A stretch of 63,406 nucleotides of DNA, from positions 1 through 63,406 of IMG/VR virus record IMGVR_UViG_3300027777_001479; one strand, 5' to 3'. This document shows positions 40,263 through 50,214 of the stretch, piece after piece. Made by a program: the position numbers and the translations under genes. This DNA comes from a virus. Lineage: Duplodnaviria > Caudoviricetes. The number at the start of each line of letters is the position of its first letter. Positions within the stretch are counted from its first letter, which is position 1. The notes beneath the pieces were generated by a model. That model was given only the letters and a program-made list of their open reading frames with translations, was not told the DNA's origin and ran no database searches.

Positions 40263-40933
40263 AAACAATGATAGTAATAACATGTAAAAACTCAAATATT
40301 AATTACATAACAAATTGTGTTAAAAGTATTAGAAATTCAGGTAATAAAGATATCATCTGTGTTATTGATAGCGGTTCTACAGATAAAAGTTACTTCAACC
40401 AAATTATAGAATATGATGTTATAATAGAAGATATAAACAATCAAAATTACATAGATGGTGCTATATGGTATTGTTATGAAAAATATACAGATATCGATTA
40501 TTTCTTTATATTACATGATAGTATGGTAGTCAATGAAAATTTAACACCAATAACTAATTATGATTTTACTGTTTTTAGTTATTTTGAGGGATTACCGTTT
40601 GATTCTGAGCAACAATTAAAATATTGTATTGATATGGTAAATTCGGTAAATTTAGATATTAATAATATTCAATTAAATACATTGGCAGGGTTATTTGGAA
40701 CTAGTTTTTATTGTAAAAGAAAAATACTAGATGATTTAAAAAAATTAGGTTTAAATCGTATTTTACCAAAAAATAAATTAGAAGCCTGTGCCAGTGAAAG
40801 AATATGGGCAATATTTTTACATAAATTAGGTATTGATATTAGATTAAACTATTTGCGTACATTTATTAATCAAAACACTGAATTTGATAATAAAACAAAC
40901 TATATAACAAAAATATTTGCGGGTAGAAGTTAA
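40259..40933 (+). CDS. GT-A-like glycosyltransferase
   Basis: CVKSIR, VIDSGS, ILHDS, ERIW. Confidence 0.6.
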   Translation: MKTMIVITCKNSNINYITNCVKSIRNSGNKDIICVIDSGSTDKSYFNQIIEYDVIIEDINNQNYIDGAIWYCYEKYTDIDYFFILHDSMVVNENLTPITNYDFTVFSYFEGLPFDSEQQLKYCIDMVNSVNLDINNIQLNTLAGLFGTSFYCKRKILDDLKKLGLNRILPKNKLEACASERIWAIFLHKLGIDIRLNYLRTFINQNTEFDNKTNYITKIFAGRS

Positions 40934-40934
40934 A

Positions 40935-41735
40935 ATGAATAAAATTAAAATTAATATGATTGGTGGAGGTTTCCAACATAGTATCTCAACAAATGATTTA
41001 CCCCCAAAATTTATTGAGTGGATTAAAGACGGATCTGCTTCAATATCAATACATATCGATAATGGTTTACACTTACCATTTAATTATCAAACTAAAAATT
41101 ATGGGTGGTTATGTGAATCAAAAACGATAATACCACATTTATATGAATGGGCTAAAAATAATATTGAATTATTAAAGAATAAATTCATAAAAGTTTTTAC
41201 ACATGATGTAGAGTTATCCAAGTCATCAGATATTTTTCAACTTACCCAATGTAGTGCTAAATCTTATTTATCTCACGGTGAAATATATCCAAAAACTAAA
41301 TTGGTTTCTATGATTGCATCAAACAAAACCATGTGTTCGGAACACATTTATAGACAACATATGATTCATAAATTTTCTAAAGACTGTGATCATTTTGGCA
41401 GAGGTTATAACCCCATAAATAATAAAGAAGATGGGTTAAAAGATTATTGTTTTTCATTTGCAATGGAGAACGCAACATATTCAAATATGTTTACGGAAAA
41501 AATTACAGATTGTTTTATGACAGGAACGATTCCAATTTATTATGGGATTAGTAATATTGGGGATTACTTCAATACGGATGGAATAATAATATTAGATGAT
41601 AACTTCAAAATTGAAGATTTATCATTTGAACTGTATCATAGTAAAATTGATGCGGTAATAGATAACTTAAAAAGATCAATTGACTTTCCTCATGCGGAGG
41701 ACTACATTTTTAAAACCTTCATTGAAGATAAATAA
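40935..41735 (+). CDS. GT10 alpha-1,3-fucosyltransferase-like (likely start 40935)
   Basis: YCFSFAMEN....MFTEKITDCF..GTIPIYYG. Confidence 0.82.
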   Translation: MNKIKINMIGGGFQHSISTNDLPPKFIEWIKDGSASISIHIDNGLHLPFNYQTKNYGWLCESKTIIPHLYEWAKNNIELLKNKFIKVFTHDVELSKSSDIFQLTQCSAKSYLSHGEIYPKTKLVSMIASNKTMCSEHIYRQHMIHKFSKDCDHFGRGYNPINNKEDGLKDYCFSFAMENATYSNMFTEKITDCFMTGTIPIYYGISNIGDYFNTDGIIILDDNFKIEDLSFELYHSKIDAVIDNLKRSIDFPHAEDYIFKTFIEDK

Positions 41736-41747
41736 AAACATTTTACT

Positions 41748-42347
41748 ATGTCATTTGAAATTATAACTACATTTGAAAATAAAATTTCTAATTTTTTTGG
41801 GTCTAAATATGCTGTTGCGGTTGATAGTTGCACGCACGGTATTGAGTTGTGTTTAAGGTATACTAAAACAAAAAAAATAAATATACCAAAAAGAACATAT
41901 CTGTCTGTACCATTTTTAGCAGAAAAAATGGGTTTAGAACGAGAATGGAGAGATGAGGTGTGGGAAGATTATTACACCCTTAATTATGATGAAAAAAGAA
42001 TAATTGATGCTGCGGTTCTATGGAAAAAAGATAGTTATATCCCGCACACGTTTATGTGTCTTAGTTTCCAATACCAAAAACATTTGTCTTTAGGAAGAGG
42101 TGGTATGATTTTACTTGATGACAAAAATGATTATATTAATTTAAAAAAAATGTCGTATGATGGTCGATTACCTGACATTCCTTGGAGGGACCAAGATATT
42201 GATTGTATTGGTTATCATTATTATATGACACCCGAAACAGCACAATTAGGGTTAGACAAATTAGAAAAGGCAATCAACACACCACCAAGAAAATGGGTAT
42301 ATAATGATTGGCCAGATTTAACGCAGATGTCAATTTTTAAAAAATAG
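41748..42347 (+). CDS. Short DegT/DnrJ/EryC1/StrS-family aminotransferase
   Basis: AVAVDSCT, IIDAA, SFQYQKHL..GRGGM. Confidence 0.75.
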   Translation: MSFEIITTFENKISNFFGSKYAVAVDSCTHGIELCLRYTKTKKINIPKRTYLSVPFLAEKMGLEREWRDEVWEDYYTLNYDEKRIIDAAVLWKKDSYIPHTFMCLSFQYQKHLSLGRGGMILLDDKNDYINLKKMSYDGRLPDIPWRDQDIDCIGYHYYMTPETAQLGLDKLEKAINTPPRKWVYNDWPDLTQMSIFKK

Positions 42348-42371
42348 AAAATAAAAAATAAAAATAGATCA

Positions 42372-43346
42372 ATGAAAAAAGCATTTATTACAGGCATAAA
42401 TGGACAAGATGGTTCATATTTATCGGAATATCTTTTAGGGTTAGGATATGAAGTTCATGGAATAATTAGAAGAAATTCAGTTTCTGAAAACCAACAAAGT
42501 AGATTTACTGATGAAATTAGAAATAAATTACACATTTATTATGGAGATCTTTTAGATCAAGGTAGTTTAGAGAGATTGTTAAGTGATATACAACCAGATG
42601 AAATCTACAATTTAGCGGCTCAAAGCCACGTTAGAATTAGTTACGATATTCCACAATTTACCGTTCAAACAAACGCAATAGGTGTTATTAATATTTTAGA
42701 GGCATATCGAAGATCTTGTCCTCAATCCAGATTTTATCAAGCAAGTTCGTCTGAAATGTTTGGTAGCTCAGTGGATAAAGATGGGTATCAAAGAGAATCC
42801 ACACCTATGACTCCAGTATCACCATATGGTTGTTCAAAAGTGTTTGGGTATAACATCGTAAGAAACTACAGAAATGCATATAAATTACACGCATCTAATG
42901 GAATTTTATTTAATCATGAATCCCCAAGAAGAGGTTCTAATTTTGTTACAAATAAAGTAGTTAAAACTGCGGTAGAAATTAAATTAGGATTAACAAATCA
43001 ATTAGTTTTGGGTAATATGGACTCTTATAGAGATTGGGGACATTCAAAAGATTATGTTAGGGCAATGCACTTAATAATAAATAACGACACTCCTGATGAT
43101 TTTGTTGTATCAACAATGATTACTCACTCAGTTAGAAATATGGTAGAGTACGTTTTTAATAAATTAGAATTAGATTATTCAAAATATGTAAGCCAAGACC
43201 ATAAGTTCACTAGACCAGAAGAACTTGATTATTTAAAAGGGGATTCAACAAAAATTAGAACCCAATTGGGGTGGGAGCCTGAATATACTTTTGAGACTAT
43301 GTTAGATGAGATGGTAGAATATTGGCTTAATTTTTTTAAAAAATAA
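42372..43346 (+). CDS. gmd: GDP-mannose 4,6-dehydratase
   Basis: ITGINGQDGSYL, NLAAQSHV, YQASSSEMFG, SPYGCSK, LFNHESPRRG..FVT, RDWGH. Confidence 0.95.
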   Translation: MKKAFITGINGQDGSYLSEYLLGLGYEVHGIIRRNSVSENQQSRFTDEIRNKLHIYYGDLLDQGSLERLLSDIQPDEIYNLAAQSHVRISYDIPQFTVQTNAIGVINILEAYRRSCPQSRFYQASSSEMFGSSVDKDGYQRESTPMTPVSPYGCSKVFGYNIVRNYRNAYKLHASNGILFNHESPRRGSNFVTNKVVKTAVEIKLGLTNQLVLGNMDSYRDWGHSKDYVRAMHLIINNDTPDDFVVSTMITHSVRNMVEYVFNKLELDYSKYVSQDHKFTRPEELDYLKGDSTKIRTQLGWEPEYTFETMLDEMVEYWLNFFKK

Positions 43347-43425
43347 TAGGTATAACGTTTTTAAAATCAAGTTTGAGACAAAGAATTTATAACCAAGAAT
43401 CAAATAAAAGATTCGTTAAATAAAT

Positions 43426-44163
43426 ATGACAAGAAGAAAACCAACCCCTCCTATTGAGGAACAAACAAACAAACCATTAACCAAAAAAGATTATATTAAT
43501 TCAGTAATAAAAAGAAAAAGTAAAAGTAAATTTTTAACTGAAAATCAAAAAGATTATTACGACATATTAATATCAAAACAGATAACCATATGTTCAGGAC
43601 CTGCTGGCGTTGGTAAATCATATATCGCAATGAAAGCGGCTGTTGATTTACTAATGGAAACAAACAATGGGTATGAAAAAATTATTATTGTTAGACCAGC
43701 GGTAGAAGCCGAAGAAAAATTAGGTAGTCTTCCAGGAAATTTAGAAGAAAAATTAGATCCGTATATATTTCCGTCATATTATCTTTTAAATAAAATAATT
43801 GGAAAAGAATCGAGAGAAAAATTAAAGGATGCTGAAATCATCGAAGTTTTTGCTTTGGCTTATATGAGAGGAATGAACATTGATAATTCAATTTTAATAT
43901 TTGAGGAAGCTCAGAACGCAACTCCAAATCAAATGAAATTACTATTGACAAGAATTGGGTATAATAGTAAATTCTTTATATCTGGTGATTTGGAACAAAC
44001 CGATAGATATAAAGACAAAAAACAATCGGGTCTTTATGACGCATTACAAAGATTTAGTGGTATTGATGATATTGGTGTTTATGATTTTAGAAATGCCAAA
44101 AACGTTAGAAACCCATTAATTTCAAAAATATTAGAAAAATACGACGATGAGAATAGGAATTGA
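43426..44163 (+). CDS. phoH: PhoH-family ATPase
   Basis: GPAGVGKS, RPAVEA.EKLG.LPG, LAYMRG, EEAQN, LLTRIG, GDLEQTD. Confidence 0.93.
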   Translation: MTRRKPTPPIEEQTNKPLTKKDYINSVIKRKSKSKFLTENQKDYYDILISKQITICSGPAGVGKSYIAMKAAVDLLMETNNGYEKIIIVRPAVEAEEKLGSLPGNLEEKLDPYIFPSYYLLNKIIGKESREKLKDAEIIEVFALAYMRGMNIDNSILIFEEAQNATPNQMKLLLTRIGYNSKFFISGDLEQTDRYKDKKQSGLYDALQRFSGIDDIGVYDFRNAKNVRNPLISKILEKYDDENRN

Positions 44164-44809
44164 TATTAATGGTGTGTTAAGAGACACAATAGGAAAATTT
44201 GAACAATTGTATGAAAAACATTTAATTGATAAAGAAGAAGATCAATTTTTGGGACAAACATATGAATTGGATGTGTCAGGGAATACTGAACTAATTGAAT
44301 CTTCAAAAGAAATTTTTGAATATAAAAAAATATCGGATGTTACAAGTCTTGATTTATTCGGTCATTTTGCGTTTCAAAACAAAGAAGAACTTTTCAACTT
44401 TATGTATGAAGAATACGCAATGGAATTGTTTGGTCATGCTCCGTCGACAGAGATGACCACATTTAACATTTTAAATGATTTATATCACGAATTAAGGGAT
44501 GAAAACGAATTGTTAATTGTTTCAAGTGAGATTGGAAAATCAAAACCATCATCTCTTTTCTTTTTATCCAAATTTGGTTGTTTATTGGAAAAAGTAGTTT
44601 TTTTTGGTGAAATAACTAAAAATAATATGTGGGATCAAGTAGACATTTTACTTACAGCAGACCCTGGCTTATTATTAGAAAAACAAGTAGGAAAAATTGT
44701 TGTTAAATATAACACAATCTACAATAAACACATTTCTTCAGAACTCGAAATATCTTCACTTTCTGAGTTTCAAGAAATAATTAAAAATTTAAAACATAAT
44801 GCTGTTTAG
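44147..44809 (+). CDS. HAD-like (5'-nucleotidase-type) protein
   Basis: RIGIDINGVLRD; second Asp of motif I is Asn. Confidence 0.55.
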   Translation: MRIGIDINGVLRDTIGKFEQLYEKHLIDKEEDQFLGQTYELDVSGNTELIESSKEIFEYKKISDVTSLDLFGHFAFQNKEELFNFMYEEYAMELFGHAPSTEMTTFNILNDLYHELRDENELLIVSSEIGKSKPSSLFFLSKFGCLLEKVVFFGEITKNNMWDQVDILLTADPGLLLEKQVGKIVVKYNTIYNKHISSELEISSLSEFQEIIKNLKHNAV

Positions 44810-45056
44810 TCTTTTTGGTGAAAATTACTACCTAGATTTAGATAAAATTGAAAAAGAAGTTGAGTTGTCAAACACCACAGGAGAAAGTCAATTTCATTTA
44901 ATAAAATATGAAATGGTAAAAATGATGGTAGAAACAATTCTTACAGAATCAGAACCTGTTGATGAAAAGTTGGGACCTAGTAATAGTGAACTCACAATAC
45001 CATTTAAAATTTCTTTCAATACTTTAAGAGTTAAAAACATAATAAATAAACTATAA
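44799..45056 (+). CDS. Hypothetical protein
   Basis: Overlapping ORF in the operon. Confidence 0.55.
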   Translation: MLFSLFGENYYLDLDKIEKEVELSNTTGESQFHLIKYEMVKMMVETILTESEPVDEKLGPSNSELTIPFKISFNTLRVKNIINKL

Positions 45057-45064
45057 ATAAAAAC

Positions 45065-46123
45065 ATGAACAACGATCAATTTGACAAATTAGAAAGGTCC
45101 ATAAATAACATGAAAGAAAAACTTTCAAGGATTTATTTTATGGCACAAGACACAAAAGGAAATGTAAAAGCATCTGTTAGATACATCTATCAGATGGCAA
45201 TGACTTTGAAGAAGAATGGTTATAATGCCATTATATTACATGAAAAACCTGATTATTTTGGGGTATCATCTTGGATGGGTGAAGAATACATGACAGAACT
45301 TGATCATAGATCCATTGAAGGAACAAGTTTGGAGATTTCTCCTGATGATTTAATTATCATTCCTGAGATTTATGGTTTTGTAATGGATCAAATTACAAAA
45401 CTACCTTGTGGTAAAATTGTATTAAGTCAGGCATTTGACCATATTTTTGAAACATTACAACCAGGACAATCTTGGAATCAATTAGGTTTCTACAAATGTA
45501 TTACTACATCAAACAAACAAAAAGAACTAATTGAATCTGTTATGAGAAATGTATCAATAGATGTTATTGAACCATGTATTTCTGACAATTTCAAAAAGAA
45601 TGAATTTCCACCAAAAACAATTATTAATATTCACACAAGAGACCCAAGAGACACGGCAAATTTAATTAAAAGTTTTTATATTAAATTTCCACAATACAGA
45701 TGGATCACTTTTAGAGACTTAAGAGGTTTAAGTGAAATTGAATTTGCTGATGCGATGAAAGATAGTTTTGTTTCTATTTGGGTCGATCAAACAAGTTCTT
45801 TTGGAACATTTCCACTTGAATCAATGAAAATGGGTATTCCAGTATTAGGATTAGTTCCTGATATTACACCTTCTTGGATGAACGAAGATAATGGTCTTTG
45901 GGTTAATAATAAAACAATCATTATTGACGTATTGTCAGACTTTATTCAAAATTGGTTAGAGGACAACTTAAATCCAACTTTATTTGAACAAATGGAAAAA
46001 ACTATGGAAACAATTAGTACGGTCGAAAAATTTGAAAATGATACTATTAAATTATTTTCAGAAATTTTTGAAAAACGTATAGCTTCTTTTGAAGATCAAC
46101 TTTCTAAATTTGAAACAATTTAA
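45065..46123 (+). CDS. GT-B-like glycosyltransferase
   Basis: IIPEIYG, SSFGTFPLESMKMG. Confidence 0.65.
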   Translation: MNNDQFDKLERSINNMKEKLSRIYFMAQDTKGNVKASVRYIYQMAMTLKKNGYNAIILHEKPDYFGVSSWMGEEYMTELDHRSIEGTSLEISPDDLIIIPEIYGFVMDQITKLPCGKIVLSQAFDHIFETLQPGQSWNQLGFYKCITTSNKQKELIESVMRNVSIDVIEPCISDNFKKNEFPPKTIINIHTRDPRDTANLIKSFYIKFPQYRWITFRDLRGLSEIEFADAMKDSFVSIWVDQTSSFGTFPLESMKMGIPVLGLVPDITPSWMNEDNGLWVNNKTIIIDVLSDFIQNWLEDNLNPTLFEQMEKTMETISTVEKFENDTIKLFSEIFEKRIASFEDQLSKFETI

Positions 46124-46125
46124 TT

Positions 46126-46932
46126 ATGAACACAAAAAACACAATATCTATTATTTTACCGATTAAATCGGGAAAAGCGATTGGGTTCGAGGACTTTTTT
46201 GATAAGTGCATCCAATCAGTTAAAAATCAAAAAGAATATGTAAATGAACTTATCATTGTACATGGAGATGAAGACCTTTTAAAAAATCATTTAACTTCAT
46301 ACAACTTTGAAGGTTTAAATGTTATTTTTGAAACTTGGTCTGATCAACCAAATTTCGCTAAACAAGTTAATCACGGAGTTGAAATTGCAACTTCTAACTG
46401 GTGTTCTATTTTGGAGTTTGACGATGAGTATTCAAACATTTGGTTTAAAAACGCATTAAATTACATGGACATTTATAAAGATGTTCACGCATTTTTACCA
46501 ATCGTTGTAGATGTAGACGAAAAATTGGTTTTTGCTGGATTTACAAATGAAGCAACATTTGCGGCAAATATATCTTCCGATATTGGGATTTTGACAAATG
46601 AAACATTACAAACATTCCAAAATTTCCAAACATCAGGTATGGTTTTCAAAAAAGAAAAATATCAAGAAATTGGTGGAATGAAATCAAATTTAAAGTTAAC
46701 TTTTGGATATGAATTGTTTTTACGTTTGACACACAATTCAGCTAAAATTATGACAATTCCAAGAATTGGTTACAAACACATGAATTTGAGAGAGGGATCA
46801 ATTTTTTGGAATTACAAAAATGGTGAAAACAAAATGAACCAAGATGAAGCTAGATTTTGGATTGAGACTGCGAAAAAAGAATACCTGTTCTCAACCGAGA
46901 GAGAAATAAATTACGAACCTCAAGAAGTTTAA
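46126..46932 (+). CDS. GT2-like glycosyltransferase
   Basis: SIILPI, QVNHGV, ILEFDDEY. Confidence 0.65.
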   Translation: MNTKNTISIILPIKSGKAIGFEDFFDKCIQSVKNQKEYVNELIIVHGDEDLLKNHLTSYNFEGLNVIFETWSDQPNFAKQVNHGVEIATSNWCSILEFDDEYSNIWFKNALNYMDIYKDVHAFLPIVVDVDEKLVFAGFTNEATFAANISSDIGILTNETLQTFQNFQTSGMVFKKEKYQEIGGMKSNLKLTFGYELFLRLTHNSAKIMTIPRIGYKHMNLREGSIFWNYKNGENKMNQDEARFWIETAKKEYLFSTEREINYEPQEV

Positions 46933-47675
46933 TGTCTATTAATGAAAATGAGATAGTAGTTGAAAAGAAAAAGAAAGGTAGAAAACCAACATCTAATAAT
47001 TATTTTGATGAAAGAGAAGAAACGGCGGTTAGAAATTTTTTAATCGCCGAATCTTATGAAGAAAAAAATAAGATTTACAACGAGTTTTTAAAAGAACCTT
47101 TAGATAAGATGATATCTTCAATAATTAGAAGATATAAATTGTATAGGAAAGACATGAACTACGAAGAGATACATGTGGATACACATTCATTTCTTATGAC
47201 AAAAATAGACAAGTTCAAACCATCGAAAGAAAAAAAGGCTTATTCTTATTTTGGGACTATTTGTAAAAACTATCTTATGGGTCAAATTATGAAAGACCAA
47301 AAAGAAATGAACAGAAAGATATCATATGAAGATATTTCTTCTGATTTATGTAATAGAGAAGAAATGTCATACACCATAGATGAAGATATATTAAGTTCAG
47401 AATACATTATAAAAAAATTTTTAGAAAAATTAAAAGAAGATATTGATAATGTTGACATTGATGAGCAAGAACATAAATTAGGTGCGGCAATATACGATCT
47501 TTTTGAGAACTATGGAACAATTTTTCCTGACACTAACAATAATAAATTTAATAAAAATATTATTTTGTTTGAATTAAGGGAAATGACAAATCTTTCAACA
47601 AAAGAAATTAGAAATTCAATAAAAAAATATAAAAAATTGTATTTTGATTTGATACAAGAATTAGTTAAGACTTAA
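46932..47675 (+). CDS. Putative phage sigma factor (gp55/sigma70 region 2-like)
   Basis: NYFD...; IDKFKPSKEKKAYSYFGTICKNYL resembles the region-2 motif KF.P.K...F.YFT.I; C-terminal LREMTNLSTKEIR helix-turn-helix. Confidence 0.6.
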   Translation: MSINENEIVVEKKKKGRKPTSNNYFDEREETAVRNFLIAESYEEKNKIYNEFLKEPLDKMISSIIRRYKLYRKDMNYEEIHVDTHSFLMTKIDKFKPSKEKKAYSYFGTICKNYLMGQIMKDQKEMNRKISYEDISSDLCNREEMSYTIDEDILSSEYIIKKFLEKLKEDIDNVDIDEQEHKLGAAIYDLFENYGTIFPDTNNNKFNKNIILFELREMTNLSTKEIRNSIKKYKKLYFDLIQELVKT

Positions 47676-47687
47676 TATTTATTAATC

Positions 47688-48059
47688 ATGGCAAGACCAC
47701 CAAAAAAAGAAATTAACTTAAGTAAAGAATCAATGTTATCTTTGATGCAAGAAATCTATAATGAACTTGTGGAACAAAGAAATACCGCCATCAGAATTCA
47801 AAATAAAATGTTAACAATGATGAAGGAACCAGAAGATATGACTCTTATTGGTCCTGTTATTGAAAAACAACAAAAAATCATCAATGATTGTGTGGAGAAA
47901 AAATTAACCCTTTCAAAATTACAAGCACAAATTTGGCAAAAAAATACCGAAAAAGAAGAGGATTTTAAATTGTCTGATTTGGATATCGATGATGAAACTT
48001 TTCAAAATTTATTGAAAAAAGACATAAGTAATGATGGTACATATAAAATGAAAAAATAA
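47688..48059 (+). CDS. Hypothetical coiled-coil protein
   Basis: TATTTAT upstream; first gene of a late block. Confidence 0.6.
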   Translation: MARPPKKEINLSKESMLSLMQEIYNELVEQRNTAIRIQNKMLTMMKEPEDMTLIGPVIEKQQKIINDCVEKKLTLSKLQAQIWQKNTEKEEDFKLSDLDIDDETFQNLLKKDISNDGTYKMKK

Positions 48060-48065
48060 CACAAT

Positions 48066-49994
48066 ATGGCAGTTGATATTGATAACGAATTAAAAAAAGC
48101 GGCAAATAAAACTAATGTTTATAAAACCTATAAACAATATAAAAAAGGTTACGAAGATCTAAAAAAGAAAGCCGGAAATTCACAAGAAAAGTCGAATAAA
48201 TATGTTTCGAATCAATTGGGTGATTTTGTTAAGTGGAGAAAAAAACATACCGCAAACGCAAAAACTTTTACCGATGAATTAATTACACAATTAAAAGAAA
48301 TAAAAGGATCAGGTCTTGAAACAGATACTTTTATCAAAAGAGTTTTTGTAAATTCACTGAAAAAAATAAAACCAGAAGTTAAAAATTTAATTATTGAAAC
48401 TGTTAAGTCGGCATTGGCTTGTAGTAATGTGCAAGGATATCAATTTAACACAACATATTATATTCCGGTTAAATCTGTGGATTTGTTTGGTGTTTTAGAA
48501 TCTTCTATTGATGACAGAATTGGAAAATTATTCTATGAAGAAAAACCCGTACAATATGGTGTATTTCCTTTTTCAATGAATCGAGAATTATATGATAGAA
48601 CTCAAAACTTAAATCAACCATATTCGTCTGTTGCTGGTAATAATTATGTGGGAACATCTTTTCAAAATTTATTTGATATTTCTTATATTGATTCATATGT
48701 TGATCCAGTTACATCTCAAACAATACAAGGAAGTTTTTTCAAAGTAGATTTAAAACCAAGAACAAATTTTCCAACTATAGATGAATTTTTAAATGACTAC
48801 TATAGTTCAATCGACATATTAAATTATAAAACTTTTTTTACCAATTTAGTTGATTACGTTACGGGAGCAATTTCTTTTGGTAGAGGTGATGGTAAATTGA
48901 AATTAGAATCGATTCAAAAATCTTTATTGATTATGCAAAGAGTTTTAGGACTTTGTTCTGATTCGAATAAAGAAATAAACGTGGGTGGAACATCTAAAGT
49001 TTCTGAAATTGATAATGTAGATGAATCATTTTATGAGTTTAATGATATTGATTTAAGAATTATTAATCAAATAACTTCCGATATAAAATTAGGTGTTATT
49101 GAGTTTGAGGAATGTGATAATGTAAAATTACCAATGAACTTAGATGCGGTATTAACAGCATTAGACGATTTACAATTTAATGAGGACACTTCGGATATTA
49201 ACGAGATAAATGCAGCATTAGGTATTATATATCCTGTAGTTGATGATGATGCGACTTATAAATTATCGGTGGATGAAGGGTTTTTTGAACAATTTGTAAA
49301 AGCATTAGTAAATACTGTTTTATCACCTAAAGCGGTTTTACCAATTATGATATCTGCAGGAATGTTAAATCAACCAATATTTAATCAAATTGATAACATC
49401 CAAGATTTTTTAAAAAAGTTTAAAAATTTTTTCAATGAGTTTTTAACAAAAGTTTCCGCAATATTTACAAAAGCAGTTTTTAATGAATTAAAAAAAGAAA
49501 TAAAAGCTCTTGTTGCATTATTACTAAAAGATATTACGGACGAAAAAAAGAAAAAAAATTATCAGATGATTTTATCTATTGTAGCTTTAATACCCGCTCT
49601 GGTGAAAGTTGTTAAAGATTTTAGAGAATGTAAGAGTGTTCTTGATGAGTTATTACAATTATTAAATATTGGTGTTAAAAAACGATTGGATAAATTAAAA
49701 GAATCCGGATCAGATTTACCTCTACCTTTATTATTATCTGCAAAACTTTTAGATGGGTATTCGCCGACAAGATCATTTTTAAATACCGTTCAAAATTTAC
49801 AAGAATTAGGAATTCCAACAGGACCGATGCCAGACGGTAGTCCAAATAAATTTTTAGCCTCAATTAAAGCGATGATTGATGGAAATTCTCAAGAAATTGC
49901 TGAAAATGGAAAAGTTGCAATAGGAATAGGCCCATTAACAATTACTCCAGCGGGGATTACAATACCAAAAGACGCATATGGAAAATTCATTTAA
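48066..49994 (+). CDS. Hypothetical virion/baseplate-associated protein
   Basis: 642-aa ORF upstream of the spike gene. Confidence 0.5.
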   Translation: MAVDIDNELKKAANKTNVYKTYKQYKKGYEDLKKKAGNSQEKSNKYVSNQLGDFVKWRKKHTANAKTFTDELITQLKEIKGSGLETDTFIKRVFVNSLKKIKPEVKNLIIETVKSALACSNVQGYQFNTTYYIPVKSVDLFGVLESSIDDRIGKLFYEEKPVQYGVFPFSMNRELYDRTQNLNQPYSSVAGNNYVGTSFQNLFDISYIDSYVDPVTSQTIQGSFFKVDLKPRTNFPTIDEFLNDYYSSIDILNYKTFFTNLVDYVTGAISFGRGDGKLKLESIQKSLLIMQRVLGLCSDSNKEINVGGTSKVSEIDNVDESFYEFNDIDLRIINQITSDIKLGVIEFEECDNVKLPMNLDAVLTALDDLQFNEDTSDINEINAALGIIYPVVDDDATYKLSVDEGFFEQFVKALVNTVLSPKAVLPIMISAGMLNQPIFNQIDNIQDFLKKFKNFFNEFLTKVSAIFTKAVFNELKKEIKALVALLLKDITDEKKKKNYQMILSIVALIPALVKVVKDFRECKSVLDELLQLLNIGVKKRLDKLKESGSDLPLPLLLSAKLLDGYSPTRSFLNTVQNLQELGIPTGPMPDGSPNKFLASIKAMIDGNSQEIAENGKVAIGIGPLTITPAGITIPKDAYGKFI

Positions 49995-50214
49995 TATTAA
50001 CGAAAAAAAAATAAAGGCAGGAGAAATACTTCTGATTATTAAAGAACATAAAGAAAGATCAAACAAAGATCTTCAGTTGGCAATGGATTTTATACAAGAA
50101 GATTTCAAAATAACAAAAGAGTCTTTGATAAAGTTGACACACCATTTAGATAAATTAGAAAACACTTATAATTTATTACATAAAGAATATTCAGATAGAA
50201 TTAAAATAAAATGA
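49978..50214 (+). CDS. Hypothetical protein
   Basis: Overlapping ORF. Confidence 0.55.
   Translation: MENSFNINEKKIKAGEILLIIKEHKERSNKDLQLAMDFIQEDFKITKESLIKLTHHLDKLENTYNLLHKEYSDRIKIK

Noticed and set aside
29318-43346. Interpretation as a bacterial O-antigen or capsule locus
   Set aside because: No flippase, polymerase or membrane transport genes; contiguous and co-directional with phage dut, phoH, sigma-like and baseplate genes
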